A stretch of DNA of 64,000 nt from an uncultured Gammaproteobacteria bacterium (GCA_964523705.1 CAZFYA010000001.1:121420-185419), one strand, 5' to 3'; numbered from the stretch's first letter, positions 49,220 through 59,195 are shown. The notes: generated from the sequence alone by a model not told the origin. Numbers and translations are program-made.

Positions 49220-50134
49220 TTAAAAATTAGTTGATCCTTTATAGATTTTTGGCATTAGCCATTCATCTGGAGGATTTTCATCTGATTTTTTTGTATCTTC
49301 TTTTTTTTCAACTTCCTCTATTTTTCTTATTGGCTCCTCCATTCCTGCTTCTTGAAAGGATGGTTTCTCGCTTTTTGCAAATGCGCTGGTTAAGCTTTGA
49401 TCATAGGCTTTTCTTGATGCGCCGTTTCTGATTAAAAAACCGGCCATTTCAAAAGCTAAAGGACTGGTGTTTGGATTTTGAAAATTTCCGGTTCCGTTTT
49501 GAATTCCCTGCATTAAGTTTTGAGCAATATCATTATCAATTTTTAAATTTAATCCTAAAATTAAGTTAGCTATCATTTCTGAAACAGATGAGAATTTTTC
49601 TGATACTAAAACCATATCTCCAAATTTTTGATTTTCTCTGCTGTTATCTATATTTACAACCGCTGTGTTTTTAAATGCTTGAGGGTTGAAAAGATTTCCT
49701 AAATCAGAAAGTCTTGGTGTCCCAATTATAAAGATAAGCTCTGGAAAACTTCCTGATCTTGTGAATTTAACGTCTTTTTCGCTAAAAGATAACCCTTGTT
49801 CACTTGCTTTTACAATAATGTTTAAGTAACCGTTTTCTAAAGTATATGAAGCTTTTTCAATTTCTCCTTCTTTATATGGAAAAGATACTGTTAAATCTCC
49901 GCCTTCGCCTGAAAAATTTGTTTTTATCTTGTTAATTCCAACTAAATGAGAAAACTCAACAATCGGATTTGTACTTGCTACAATTGAAACGCTTTTACCA
50001 AGATTTACTAAAGAAAGATAAAAACTTAAAGCAGAAGCCATACTATCAAGGCTGGGGTTTTGACCAACAACAATACCTATATTATTATATTTACTAAGGG
50101 CATCTTTGACCTGTCTTAAGGCTAAATTATCCAT
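49220..50134 (-). CDS. DHH-family NrnA-like protein lacking the DHH catalytic triad
   Basis: Colinear with NrnA/YtqI (MVLVSEKFSSVSEMIANLILG versus NrnA ...SASSVSEMIYELY; IQNGTGNFQNPNTS versus IVGDTGRFLFPNTT). The DHH motif is replaced by NIDNSREN, and motif I is degenerate. Confidence 0.6.
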   Translation of the reverse strand: MDNLALRQVKDALSKYNNIGIVVGQNPSLDSMASALSFYLSLVNLGKSVSIVASTNPIVEFSHLVGINKIKTNFSGEGGDLTVSFPYKEGEIEKASYTLENGYLNIIVKASEQGLSFSEKDVKFTRSGSFPELIFIIGTPRLSDLGNLFNPQAFKNTAVVNIDNSRENQKFGDMVLVSEKFSSVSEMIANLILGLNLKIDNDIAQNLMQGIQNGTGNFQNPNTSPLAFEMAGFLIRNGASRKAYDQSLTSAFAKSEKPSFQEAGMEEPIRKIEEVEKKEDTKKSDENPPDEWLMPKIYKGSTNF

Positions 50135-50142
50135 ATTATTAA

Positions 50143-51624
50143 TTATGAGTGGGATATTAACATATCGCCTATAGTAAAGTCAAGGAAAGGCGAGAGTAGA
50201 ATTCCGCCCTCTTCACCTTTTTCAATTTTTGAGGTCTGTTCCTTTCCTTTTCGAACAGAAGTAATTGAACTTTCACCTAAAACATTGTCATCCCTTAATA
50301 GTCTTATCTTATCCCCTTTGGCAATTCTTCCCTCAAGCACTCCTATTCCTAAAACTTCTGTTTTTTCAAAAGGAAACCTGGCTAAAATTTTTGCTTTACC
50401 AAAGATTTTCTCCTGCATTGCTAAAGCTTTTCCCTCAATTAAATCATTTACCTCATCAATCATTTCGTAAATTACAGTGTAGTTTTTAAACAAGACTTTT
50501 TCTGCCTCCGCAAGTTTTACTACCTCCGGTTTTACTTTAATATTAAAACCTAAAACTACAGAATTGGCTGATTTTGCCGTTAAAATATCAGAAGACTCAA
50601 TGTGTCCTGTTTTTTGAAGAATTATTCTTATCTTATCCTTTGGCAAGCTATTACTGATTGCCTCTAGCGACCCTAGGGTATCTGCACAAAGAACAATTGA
50701 TAATATTTTTTCATCTTTACTCATGTTCAAAAAGTCTTCTTTGGAAAATGAAGATTCAACTTGTTTTATTTCTTCTTTTTCAACTAAGGGCTTACTTCCT
50801 TTTGGTCTTACTACTTCTCCTACCTTTGGTGCTTTTTCAAAACCTAAAACCTCAACTGCATCTCCAACGGTTGCTGATTTTAATTGTTTTCCACTTGAGC
50901 TTAAAATACTTCTTACTCTGGCATCAGTATCATGACAGGTAAGTTCATCTTTTAAGTTTATTACTCCGTTTTTGATAACAATAGTTGCTTTGGGTCCTGC
51001 TTTTGGATCAAGTTTTGATTCAATAACAACTGCTTCTAAAGGGTTATCTTTAGTATATGAATAGAAATTTGCTTGTCTTTTTAAGTCATAAACCAAAAGA
51101 ATTAAGTCTAATAATTCTTTAACATTGGTGTTTGTTTTAGCAGATACTTCAATTAGAGGAACTTCTCCGCCGTATTCTTCTAAGAGTACTTCTTCTTTTT
51201 CTAACTGCTTTTTTACCTTCTCAATTTGTTTTTCTACAAGATCTACTTTTGTTATGGCAACAATAAAGGGGATTTTTGAAGTCTTTAAAAGACTAATACT
51301 TTCCTTTGTTTGAGGCATTACTCCATCAGTTGCTGAAATTACTAAAATTCCAATATCTGCTGCCTGAACACCTCTTCCTCGCATTAAGGAAAATGCCTCA
51401 TGTCCAGGAGTGTCAATAAAAGTAATTCTTCTTATCTTTCCATCATGCATTATTTCAATTTCCGAAGCACCGATTTTTTGGGTAATTCCACCATGTTCAC
51501 CTTGAGCAATATCAGTTTTTCTAATTGCGTCCAAAAGAGTAGTTTTTCCATGATCAACATGACCCAAAACCGTAACAACGGGTGGAAAAATATTCTCGTT
51601 TATATTCTTATCTTTGTTTTTCAT
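50143..51624 (-). CDS. infB: translation initiation factor IF-2, minimal form
   Basis: 493 aa starting immediately at the G-domain ([17 protein letters not shown]), with no N-terminal extension. Confidence 0.9.
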   Translation of the reverse strand: MKNKDKNINENIFPPVVTVLGHVDHGKTTLLDAIRKTDIAQGEHGGITQKIGASEIEIMHDGKIRRITFIDTPGHEAFSLMRGRGVQAADIGILVISATDGVMPQTKESISLLKTSKIPFIVAITKVDLVEKQIEKVKKQLEKEEVLLEEYGGEVPLIEVSAKTNTNVKELLDLILLVYDLKRQANFYSYTKDNPLEAVVIESKLDPKAGPKATIVIKNGVINLKDELTCHDTDARVRSILSSSGKQLKSATVGDAVEVLGFEKAPKVGEVVRPKGSKPLVEKEEIKQVESSFSKEDFLNMSKDEKILSIVLCADTLGSLEAISNSLPKDKIRIILQKTGHIESSDILTAKSANSVVLGFNIKVKPEVVKLAEAEKVLFKNYTVIYEMIDEVNDLIEGKALAMQEKIFGKAKILARFPFEKTEVLGIGVLEGRIAKGDKIRLLRDDNVLGESSITSVRKGKEQTSKIEKGEEGGILLSPFLDFTIGDMLISHS

Positions 51625-51701
51625 AAAATAATATTTCAGAAGAGGTTTAAAGAAGATTTATGAAGATTTAGGTTAATTAAACAAAAATTCTCATAGTAAA
51701 T

Positions 51702-52727
51702 TTAGCTATTGGCATTATCTTCTTTTTTCTCTTCCTTTTTTTCTTCTACTGTTTCTTCTTTTACTTCTTCCTTTGGTTCTTCTTTTCCTTCTATTTCAAT
51801 TCTATAACCGGTTAGTTTTGAAGCAAGTCTTACATTTTGCCCATCTTTTCCAATTGCTAAAGATAATTCACTTTCAGGAACTAAAACATGAGCACTTTTT
51901 TCCTCTTCATTTAAATCAACTTTTAATTCCTTAGCCGGAGATAGGGCTTGGGTAATATAGCTTTTGGGATCTTCTTGCCATTGAATAACATCTATTTTTT
52001 CAAGACCATTAAATTCTTGAATAATTGATTGGATTCTAACTCCTTTTTGTCCAACACAGCTTCCAACCGGATCAATCCCTGATTGATTTGAAAAAACTGC
52101 AATTTTACTTCTGTTTCCAGCTTCTCTAACAATTGCTTTTACTTCAACTGACCCTTGTGCAACCTCTGGGACTTCTCTTTTTAAAAGTCCTTCTAAAAGC
52201 CCTGTACTGGCTCTTGAAACAATTATTTCTTCTCCCTTTAAGCCTTCTTTAATTTCAGTAATATATACTGAAAGTTTTTGATTTAAGAAATATTTTTCGT
52301 TTTGAATTTGTTCCTGTGGTGGCATTATTCCCTCGGTTTTACCAATATCAACAATAATGTTTGGACCTGCAAATCTTAAAATCATTCCATTAACAACTGT
52401 TCCAATTCTGTGTTTGTAATCTGACATTATTGCCTCTTTTTCTTTTTCTCTAATTTTTTGAAGGATTACCTGTTTTGCTGTTTGAGCAGCAATTCTTCCA
52501 AATCCGGGCGGAGTTATATCTTTTCCTTTATCTAAAATTCTTGCTTCACCGGTATTTGCATCTAGTGATACTTCGTATTCCTCAACTTCTTCTTCCGGGT
52601 GATCTTTTCTGTAGGCTGCAAGGATAGCATTTTTAACTGTATCTAAGATAATAGAAACATCAATCCCCCTTTCGGCGGCTACTTGATTTAATGCTAATGC
52701 GAATTCACTTCTTTGTATTGCCGGCAT
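51702..52727 (-). CDS. nusA: transcription termination/antitermination factor NusA (no C-terminal AR repeats)
   Basis: 341 aa; N-terminal domain, S1 domain and two KH domains. Confidence 0.9.
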   Translation of the reverse strand: MPAIQRSEFALALNQVAAERGIDVSIILDTVKNAILAAYRKDHPEEEVEEYEVSLDANTGEARILDKGKDITPPGFGRIAAQTAKQVILQKIREKEKEAIMSDYKHRIGTVVNGMILRFAGPNIIVDIGKTEGIMPPQEQIQNEKYFLNQKLSVYITEIKEGLKGEEIIVSRASTGLLEGLLKREVPEVAQGSVEVKAIVREAGNRSKIAVFSNQSGIDPVGSCVGQKGVRIQSIIQEFNGLEKIDVIQWQEDPKSYITQALSPAKELKVDLNEEEKSAHVLVPESELSLAIGKDGQNVRLASKLTGYRIEIEGKEEPKEEVKEETVEEKKEEKKEDNANS

Positions 52728-52759
52728 ATTTTTTTAATAAAAAGGTGGGCTTACCCCAC
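52728..52759 (-). terminator. hairpin (gguggg-guaag-cccacc) plus uuuuuauu ending ~15 nt upstream of the nusA AUG; candidate autoregulatory leader attenuator
   Basis: Minus-strand read: uuggugggguaagcccaccuuuuuauuaaaaaaauAUG. Confidence 0.5.
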
Positions 52760-52785
52760 CAAACAAATTACTCTTAAGTTTTAGT

Positions 52786-52814
52786 AATTCTAGCAGAAAA
52801 TTAGCTATTCGTCA
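52786..52814 (-). promoter_or_regulatory. nusA promoter (-35 TTGACG, 17 bp, -10 TAGAAT)
   Basis: Minus-strand read: ttgacg aatagctaattttctgc tagaat. Confidence 0.5.
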
Positions 52815-52831
52815 ATTAAGCTTAGGGGAAT

Positions 52832-55800
52832 TTAAGCTTCTTTATTTTTATCTTTTTTCCTTCTGAAGAAAAGTAAATATAACAAAGCTACTACAACAAT
52901 TGCGATAATTATTATTAACCATCTATAAAATGTATTTTGCCAAATAGATGAGTCTGTATCCGTAGCTTCACCTAAAACATCTTTTCCTGCTTCATTAATT
53001 GTTTCATTATTTATTTCATTTTCTTCTGTTTCAGATTCTAAATCCTTATCTTCCTCTTGCGTTTCAACTCCTAATACTTCTCCGCCGCCAAGTCCTCCAT
53101 ATGCTAAGGTTGAAACTCCAAGCACAGCTGGTGAGACAGCTGAAGGACCTCCTGTTGACCCACCATCAGATTTACCATCACTTCCTCCATCTGATAAACC
53201 ATCTCCCGGAAGACCAAAAATATAATGCGGAGTAAATGACAGTTCTTTTCCTATTGCTTCAGGAGAACCATGAGAAATTGGTCTGAAATAATATGTTGTT
53301 CCAACAGTTAAACCCGTAACAGTAACACTGTGTGAAGTTACTTTTGCAGAATCCTCACTCGTTGAATAGGCATAACCAAAGTTTGGAGAAGTTCCAAGAG
53401 TAGGATGAGACACAGTGTCATAAACTACTCTACTTGTAGATGGATCATCTGTGCTCCAGGTAATTATTGCAATAGTATCATCAACCCTTGATTGTGTTTC
53501 TCCAAAAATAACCGGAGGAACTCCATAATGAGCACTTAAAACAGTGCTTGCATTTCCAAGCTTATCATAAGCAATGGCTTTAAGCGTTAAATCATGATCA
53601 ATAGTAATAGCGCCTGTATGTTCTGTTTTTGTATTATCTGGTTCTGTTCCATCAAGAGTATAATAGATTTTATCCAAACCACTTCCAGCATCTGAACTTG
53701 ATAAAGTAACTATTTGATCACTATCGTAATCTCCTGCGCCAGGACTTGCAGTCGGCTCAACCGGCTCAGTGTTATCAACTTCAACTGTTTTTGTTTCTAA
53801 GGATCTAATCCAATTTCCGCCCGTTTTATCTCTTGCTGCAACTTTAATATACATTATTCCATCATTCCATGATGAAGGAACAGTATAACTTACCTCATAA
53901 ATATCTCCTGTTGTATGAGACATGCTGACAGATGTTGGGCTTGGTCTGTTTGTATAAGAAGCATTATATGAGAAATCAGCTGAAACAGCAGTTATTCCTG
54001 ATGCATCTGTTACGTCTGCGTTAATTACAATTACATCTCCTGCTTTTACAAAAGCTTTATCTACGTTTAAATTAGTAATTGTCGGCGATGTCCAATCAGA
54101 AGTATATTTACAACTATTATTAAAGCCTTGAGCTCCTCCGCTCCATTCTGATTTATTTCCTGCTTTATCAACAGCTCTTACTTGAACACCATAGGTTCCT
54201 TCTATTGGCACTGTCCACCATGATGCATTAAAATATGCTGTAGTAAACTCCCTAATAGGACCTGTGCTTCCATCAGCGTTATAAGAAATATACTCATAAT
54301 GATGAAAATCGGGCTCCGTGTTTTCATCCCAGTAAACATCAAAATTCCTAGCAGATGTTAAACCGCCGCAATAGATATTCTTATTATTTTTTGTATCCTT
54401 AAAATAAATGCCTGTTGGTGTGCTCGGAGGAGTATTATTAATTGTAACTTTAATAACATGTTGAGAATCATCTCCTCCTGTGTATTCTTTTCCAGCTACT
54501 AAATCTCTATTTCCAGCCTTATCTCTTGCAGCTAAACGAATTAGATATTTTCCATCCTCTTCTGTAGTTGAATCCCAGTTAAATATTAACTCATTATTAA
54601 TATTTGAAGTGAGGTAAACAGTAGATTGGGCTATTCTTTTACTGAAATCATTAAAATCAGCATCGCCTGGATATACAGAGATATTATAATGACTTAAAAG
54701 ATAGTCATCTAATACGGTGCCATATATTTTAACCTCACCAGATACAACATCATCTTTGTTTGGACTTTCAATAGTTACTAATGGAGCTTTTGTATCATTT
54801 AGAGTAAACTCACTAGTTTCTCTAATAGGCGTATCTTCTGCGCTTTCTGTTGGATTAAAAATGAAACAATAATCACCAGGAATCCAAGAAGAAGTATCTG
54901 CTGAAGCATGGAAAGCATATCCATCCCAATCATAAGCATCATGCTTACCATCTACATTTCCAAATACAGTATTTGTACCAGCAGTACATGTTCCTTTTCT
55001 AACTGCCCATTGAATATTATCATCGCCATCTTTATCAACTAATGTAGCATCAAAAGAAACAGTTCCTGAAACATTGGTTCCTGCTAAAGGAGAAGTTATT
55101 GTAGCGCTCCTTTCAAATGGTGCAGGTAAAACATCAAATCTTGTCCAATCAAATCTTTCGTCTCTTTCAGCACCAAATACCATACGAACTTCAACATACT
55201 CATTAGCAGGAATAGTTAATATCTCATTGCTATTATTTTCGCAAACATAAGGATATAAACCGTCAGTTATATCAGTATTATAATTGACGCCTCCATTTTC
55301 GCTAAGCACCTGACTTGTATCTCCATCAGTCCTATATTCGAAACAACTATAAAAACCTCTTGTACTTATAAACTGTAAATCGGTTGTTCCTACTCCTTGA
55401 CTAAGTTGGTCAACATGAGCCCAGCTATTTGTTCTGTTTATATCATTTGTACTTGGTGTAACTGCATTAACACCTGTTGATGAACTAGTTACAACATTGT
55501 CAGTAATAATAAATATAGTAAGATGGTCAAGGTTTGATACGGAAACTGAAGTGTCTGTTTTCGTAAGATTATTTTCTACTTTTTTAGCTTCTTCTATTTT
55601 TGAAAGTTCTTCTGCAAATTTTACTTCAACTTCTTTTCCTCTTGAGGATTCAGGAATAGGAAGAGACAAGGCGTAGTTAAACTCTCCATCTTTCATGTCC
55701 GAAGTTATATCATACGCCTTATCTGATAAAGCACCTGTTTTTTCTATTTGTTCTTCTGTAAGCGTTATTTCTTCAATCTTTATATTTCCAGCAGGATCTG

Positions 55801-56155
55801 GAAGTTTTGTAAAAATTATTTTTACGCCGCTATTTTGAGGTGCCACATATTCTTTGTTTAATTCTACTTTTTCAAAAGTCCATTGTGAAAGAGGCTGAGA
55901 TGATTGAGGCTCTAAACTAATTGTTGGTTCTACAATTTCATTGTTTACAATTTCCGGTGTTGGGGTAATTGTTAACTCCGGAATTGTAGTTGTGGTACTT
56001 GTAGTTGTTTCTTCTAAAATAGGGGTTTCTGTTGGTGTTAAATCTTCTGCATAAGCAAGGTTTTTAGACAAAAAAGAAAAAGGGGAAAGCGATTGGACAA
56101 GAATCGCTCCTATGGAAAAATATGTAAATAATTTCTTTAGTATTTTTTTCTTCAC
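52832..56155 (-). CDS. large secreted surface protein (FN3/Ig-like beta-domains) with C-terminal GDGLSDGxSDG-VLGxxT-TM-basic module; GTG start
   Basis: 1107 aa; signal peptide (...SKNLAYA/ED); FN3-like segments; C-terminus ...GLPGDGLSDGGSDGKSDGGS...AVLGVST...EVLGVET...DVLGEAT...WLIIIIAIVVVALLYLLFFRRKKDKNKEA. Confidence 0.6.
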   Translation of the reverse strand: MKKKILKKLFTYFSIGAILVQSLSPFSFLSKNLAYAEDLTPTETPILEETTTSTTTTIPELTITPTPEIVNNEIVEPTISLEPQSSQPLSQWTFEKVELNKEYVAPQNSGVKIIFTKLPDPAGNIKIEEITLTEEQIEKTGALSDKAYDITSDMKDGEFNYALSLPIPESSRGKEVEVKFAEELSKIEEAKKVENNLTKTDTSVSVSNLDHLTIFIITDNVVTSSSTGVNAVTPSTNDINRTNSWAHVDQLSQGVGTTDLQFISTRGFYSCFEYRTDGDTSQVLSENGGVNYNTDITDGLYPYVCENNSNEILTIPANEYVEVRMVFGAERDERFDWTRFDVLPAPFERSATITSPLAGTNVSGTVSFDATLVDKDGDDNIQWAVRKGTCTAGTNTVFGNVDGKHDAYDWDGYAFHASADTSSWIPGDYCFIFNPTESAEDTPIRETSEFTLNDTKAPLVTIESPNKDDVVSGEVKIYGTVLDDYLLSHYNISVYPGDADFNDFSKRIAQSTVYLTSNINNELIFNWDSTTEEDGKYLIRLAARDKAGNRDLVAGKEYTGGDDSQHVIKVTINNTPPSTPTGIYFKDTKNNKNIYCGGLTSARNFDVYWDENTEPDFHHYEYISYNADGSTGPIREFTTAYFNASWWTVPIEGTYGVQVRAVDKAGNKSEWSGGAQGFNNSCKYTSDWTSPTITNLNVDKAFVKAGDVIVINADVTDASGITAVSADFSYNASYTNRPSPTSVSMSHTTGDIYEVSYTVPSSWNDGIMYIKVAARDKTGGNWIRSLETKTVEVDNTEPVEPTASPGAGDYDSDQIVTLSSSDAGSGLDKIYYTLDGTEPDNTKTEHTGAITIDHDLTLKAIAYDKLGNASTVLSAHYGVPPVIFGETQSRVDDTIAIITWSTDDPSTSRVVYDTVSHPTLGTSPNFGYAYSTSEDSAKVTSHSVTVTGLTVGTTYYFRPISHGSPEAIGKELSFTPHYIFGLPGDGLSDGGSDGKSDGGSTGGPSAVSPAVLGVSTLAYGGLGGGEVLGVETQEEDKDLESETEENEINNETINEAGKDVLGEATDTDSSIWQNTFYRWLIIIIAIVVVALLYLLFFRRKKDKNKEA

Positions 56156-56206
56156 AAAGTACTTACAAATACAATAATATTTGTATAGCTAAATACACTT
56201 GGCTGG

Positions 56207-56235
56207 ATAGTAGCACTCGTCCTATAAAAAGTCAA
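56207..56235 (-). promoter_or_regulatory. candidate promoter for the 1107-aa gene (-35 TTGACT, 17 bp, -10 TACTAT)
   Basis: Minus-strand read: ttgact ttttataggacgagtgc tactat. The leader contains an AT-rich hairpin (tacaaata/tatttgta). Confidence 0.35.
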
Positions 56236-56274
56236 TATACCTCTTCTATATAAAACTGGCAAGTAAAAAAACAA

Positions 56275-58395
56275 TTATAGAAGAAACATTTTTAGCGCTG
56301 TTAACCTAGCCATTAAAGGTATTCCACGAGTGAAAATTTGTCTAATTTTTTCCTTTTGTCTTAAAATTCTAAGCAAGATATAAAGTTCAAGAAGAATTAA
56401 AAAGGCAAAAAACGCTGCCATACTATTTGCTCCTCCTGTTATTCCTCTTGTATTTGTTGATGCACCCAAAACCGGTGGAATATCCTTAGTTTTTTCTCCT
56501 AAAACCTCCTCAATTGGTGCGTAGACACCAAATACTTTAAATGTACTGTCAGCAAAGGATGAAACATCATCCTCTTCTTCTCCGGCTTTTCCTATGGCAT
56601 AAGCTCTGGCTATATATTGTCCACCTGGAGTATTAGGTGATAGGACAAGTCCTGTTGATACTTTTACCATTTTCCCTGGTTCTATTACTCCTAAATCAAA
56701 CTCTGTTCCACCAACATTTACACCATCTTTAATTAAAAACAATGCTAATTTTGATTCATAAACTTTACCAGTTCCTGTATTTTTAATTTTTACAAAGAAA
56801 GTTACCGTATCGCCTGGTAACACATATTCTCCAACATTGTTTGTCTGTTCAACCTCAAGTTTTCCACCATTTTCTCTTAAATATGAATTATCCAAGCTAT
56901 TACCAGCTAGAATATTTTCATCTTTCTTTGTTTGATTATCTTCATTATTATTATCAGTGTTATCTTCAACCGCAAGTGCTTCAAATTCTGCTTTTCCACC
57001 AATGTCTCCGTTTAATCTTCCAAAAATATTAATAAAGCCAAAAAAACCAATTGAATTAATAATATTGGTGTTTATAAAATTAAGTATAGAAACCGTACTA
57101 TACGCATTACCTGTTTTAATATTTGAATCATCCCCATTAATTAAATTTCCACCAGTGTTTGCCGAAGATAAAATGTTGTTTGAGACAATTGCATTGTTCT
57201 TAAGATACATGTCTCCAGTGCACAAATCACAATCTTCATTTCCTGATCCCGCTGTTACATAATTTATGTCTAATGATCCTCCTCCTAATTGAGGACCAAT
57301 TGCTCCCCAGCCAATAAAGTCTCCGTTCCACTCACCATAAGTATTAATGTATAAAGTTTGTATCCCAACTCCTAAATAATTTGAATTAACTATGTTTAAA
57401 TTATCAACTAAACTTCCTGCATCTCCTGTTTCAATACTTGCGCTTCCTGAAGCAGTGACAATTGTGTTTTCCCCAGTATTAGCTTCTGATTTAACATTAT
57501 TCTCAACTACTGCGTTATTGTCAGCGAGGATTGAAACGCCACATGTATCACAAGTGGTATCTTCTGTTTGAATATTAGGTAAAATTATGTCTCCATTAAT
57601 ATCTCCGTAGATATTTATCATTACTACGTGAACCACTGAATTAATAGTAATAAAATTAACTTTATTTAAAAGAAGTGTTGTGGCGTAAGCATCTCCTGTA
57701 TCAATACTGGCACTTCCTGAAGCAGTGGTAATACTGTTTTCTCCGCTTTGAGCTGTTGTAATAATGTCATTTGAAACATAAGCAAAATTACTAATCCCGG
57801 TTGCCTTAACTGTAATTATTTCTTCATTTGGTTTTTCGCTTAATGCTTTAGTTGCAATTGCGATTGGATCTGATAAGTCAACATCTCCTTCTTGATCGTA
57901 AATGATATTAATTATCTGATATTCAACCTCTGAATTTATAGATGTTGAATTAACATCGTTTTCAACAACAGTAGTAGAAACAGCGTCTCCTGTTTCAATG
58001 GAATTTGAATCTTCATCTTCATTGTTTTCTTCATTCTCTTCTTCTTGTTGACAAGTTGAATTAACGCTTGCAGATTCCGTTGCCGTAGCTGTATCTAATT
58101 CTGGTGTTGGAGTTGGGGAAGCTGAAGTAGAACTTAAATCAGCTACTTTATCTGCTTCAGTTGTTGGAGTTGGTGTTGGTTCAGTAATTTCATTTTCTCC
58201 TGTGTTTGAATCTGTAACAACAGTTGTTTCTACTACTGTAGAATTATCAATTTCTGTTTGTGTCTCAACCGGGGTTGGGGTTGGATCAACAATTTCTTCT
58301 TCATCAGCAAAAATAGCTACAGGTTGTAAAACGTAGACTAATAAAAGACTTGTTATTAACAACTTTGCCAATGTTTTTTTAGTTTTTTCAATCAT
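56275..58395 (-). CDS. secreted repeat protein (three ~95-aa CxxC-ANTGxN-TGxA repeats) with C-terminal VLGxxT-TM-basic module
   Basis: 706 aa; signal peptide (AIFA/DEEE); the three repeats are quoted in the findings; C-terminus EEVLGEKTKDIPPVLGASTNTRG...MAAFFAFLILLELYILLRILRQKEK. Confidence 0.6.
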   Translation of the reverse strand: MIEKTKKTLAKLLITSLLLVYVLQPVAIFADEEEIVDPTPTPVETQTEIDNSTVVETTVVTDSNTGENEITEPTPTPTTEADKVADLSSTSASPTPTPELDTATATESASVNSTCQQEEENEENNEDEDSNSIETGDAVSTTVVENDVNSTSINSEVEYQIINIIYDQEGDVDLSDPIAIATKALSEKPNEEIITVKATGISNFAYVSNDIITTAQSGENSITTASGSASIDTGDAYATTLLLNKVNFITINSVVHVVMINIYGDINGDIILPNIQTEDTTCDTCGVSILADNNAVVENNVKSEANTGENTIVTASGSASIETGDAGSLVDNLNIVNSNYLGVGIQTLYINTYGEWNGDFIGWGAIGPQLGGGSLDINYVTAGSGNEDCDLCTGDMYLKNNAIVSNNILSSANTGGNLINGDDSNIKTGNAYSTVSILNFINTNIINSIGFFGFINIFGRLNGDIGGKAEFEALAVEDNTDNNNEDNQTKKDENILAGNSLDNSYLRENGGKLEVEQTNNVGEYVLPGDTVTFFVKIKNTGTGKVYESKLALFLIKDGVNVGGTEFDLGVIEPGKMVKVSTGLVLSPNTPGGQYIARAYAIGKAGEEEDDVSSFADSTFKVFGVYAPIEEVLGEKTKDIPPVLGASTNTRGITGGANSMAAFFAFLILLELYILLRILRQKEKIRQIFTRGIPLMARLTALKMFLL

Positions 58396-58454
58396 ACCTA
58401 CATCCTTTCTTCTGCCCCAGGGAGAGTCCTGAAATTAGAAACCCTCCCCAGGAC

Positions 58455-58483
58455 AAAAAGAAAAAAACAGACTTATTAGTCTG
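58455..58483 (-). terminator. intrinsic terminator (cagacu-aaua-agucug + U-run) overlapping the stop codon of gene 58476-58970
   Basis: Minus-strand read: cagactaataagtctg tttttttcttttt. Confidence 0.55.
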
Positions 58484-58970
58484 CTGTTCCACCTAAAATA
58501 TTTGTGTTAACAACACTTGTTACATATGAACCAGCTGTTGCTGCTCCTGTTGTAAGAGCGCTGCCACCAACACATTTACCGGAAACTTTGTTAATACCGG
58601 TGTTTGCTAAACTACCTGTTAAGTTTAGAACTGTTCCAGAGTTTTTAATAGTTTCTCTTGATCCTCCAAAACAGGTATTACATTGTATATTTGTGTAGTT
58701 AGCCTGTGTTGTAACCTCAGATGTTGCTCTTGCTGCTCCTGTTGTAAGAGCTCCGCCGCTAACATATTTACCAGAAACTTTGTTAACACCGGTATTTGCA
58801 ACTGTTAAGGTTAAATTACCAACAAATGCATGGTTATCAATATATGTTGACCCACTTTGTTGTGGCATAGGAGGCATAAAACAACCACCGCCAATACATT
58901 GAGCGTTTGCTGGTAGGGCAAATGCCAATGCTAAAGCTAATGTTATTCCTCCAAATAAAAGTTTTTTCAT
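58476..58970 (-). CDS. small secreted protein with two ANTG(V/I)NKVSGK...ALTTGAA repeats
   Basis: 164 aa; signal peptide (ALPANA/QC); internal tandem ~45-aa repeat. Perfect SD AGGAGGTGA 7 nt upstream. Confidence 0.6.
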   Translation of the reverse strand: MKKLLFGGITLALALAFALPANAQCIGGGCFMPPMPQQSGSTYIDNHAFVGNLTLTVANTGVNKVSGKYVSGGALTTGAARATSEVTTQANYTNIQCNTCFGGSRETIKNSGTVLNLTGSLANTGINKVSGKCVGGSALTTGAATAGSYVTSVVNTNILGGTAD

Positions 58971-59092
58971 TTATTTTTCACCTCCTCTCGTTATAAGCTT
59001 ATAACTAAAAAAACCGACGCGCGTCTAGTTTACACATCGGTTTTCTAAAAGAAATATAAAAAAATATATTTTTCTCCATATGCCTAAGGAAC

Positions 59093-59124
59093 AAAAAAAG
59101 CGCTCCGCCTTATTTGGCGAGCGC
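59093..59124 (-). terminator. strong GC-rich intrinsic terminator (ggcgcucgcc-aaauaa-ggcggagcgc + U7) ending the DUF2292-like transcript
   Basis: Minus-strand read: ggaggcgctcgccaaataaggcggagcgc ttttttt; a GC island in AT-rich context. Confidence 0.7.
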
Positions 59125-59195
59125 CTCCGTTAACGGCCAGCGTTAATTTATGATACATTTTTAAACTTTTTAACTTAACCTGTCAATAAGTCAAA

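Noticed and set aside
52832-56155. Canonical LPXTG (or LAXTG, NPQTN) sorting signals in the surface proteins next to the sortases
   Set aside because: No LPxTG-like pentapeptide precedes the C-terminal TM helices. Only the VLGxxT motif recurs, so the proteins are reported as carrying a candidate non-canonical signal rather than as LPXTG proteins.
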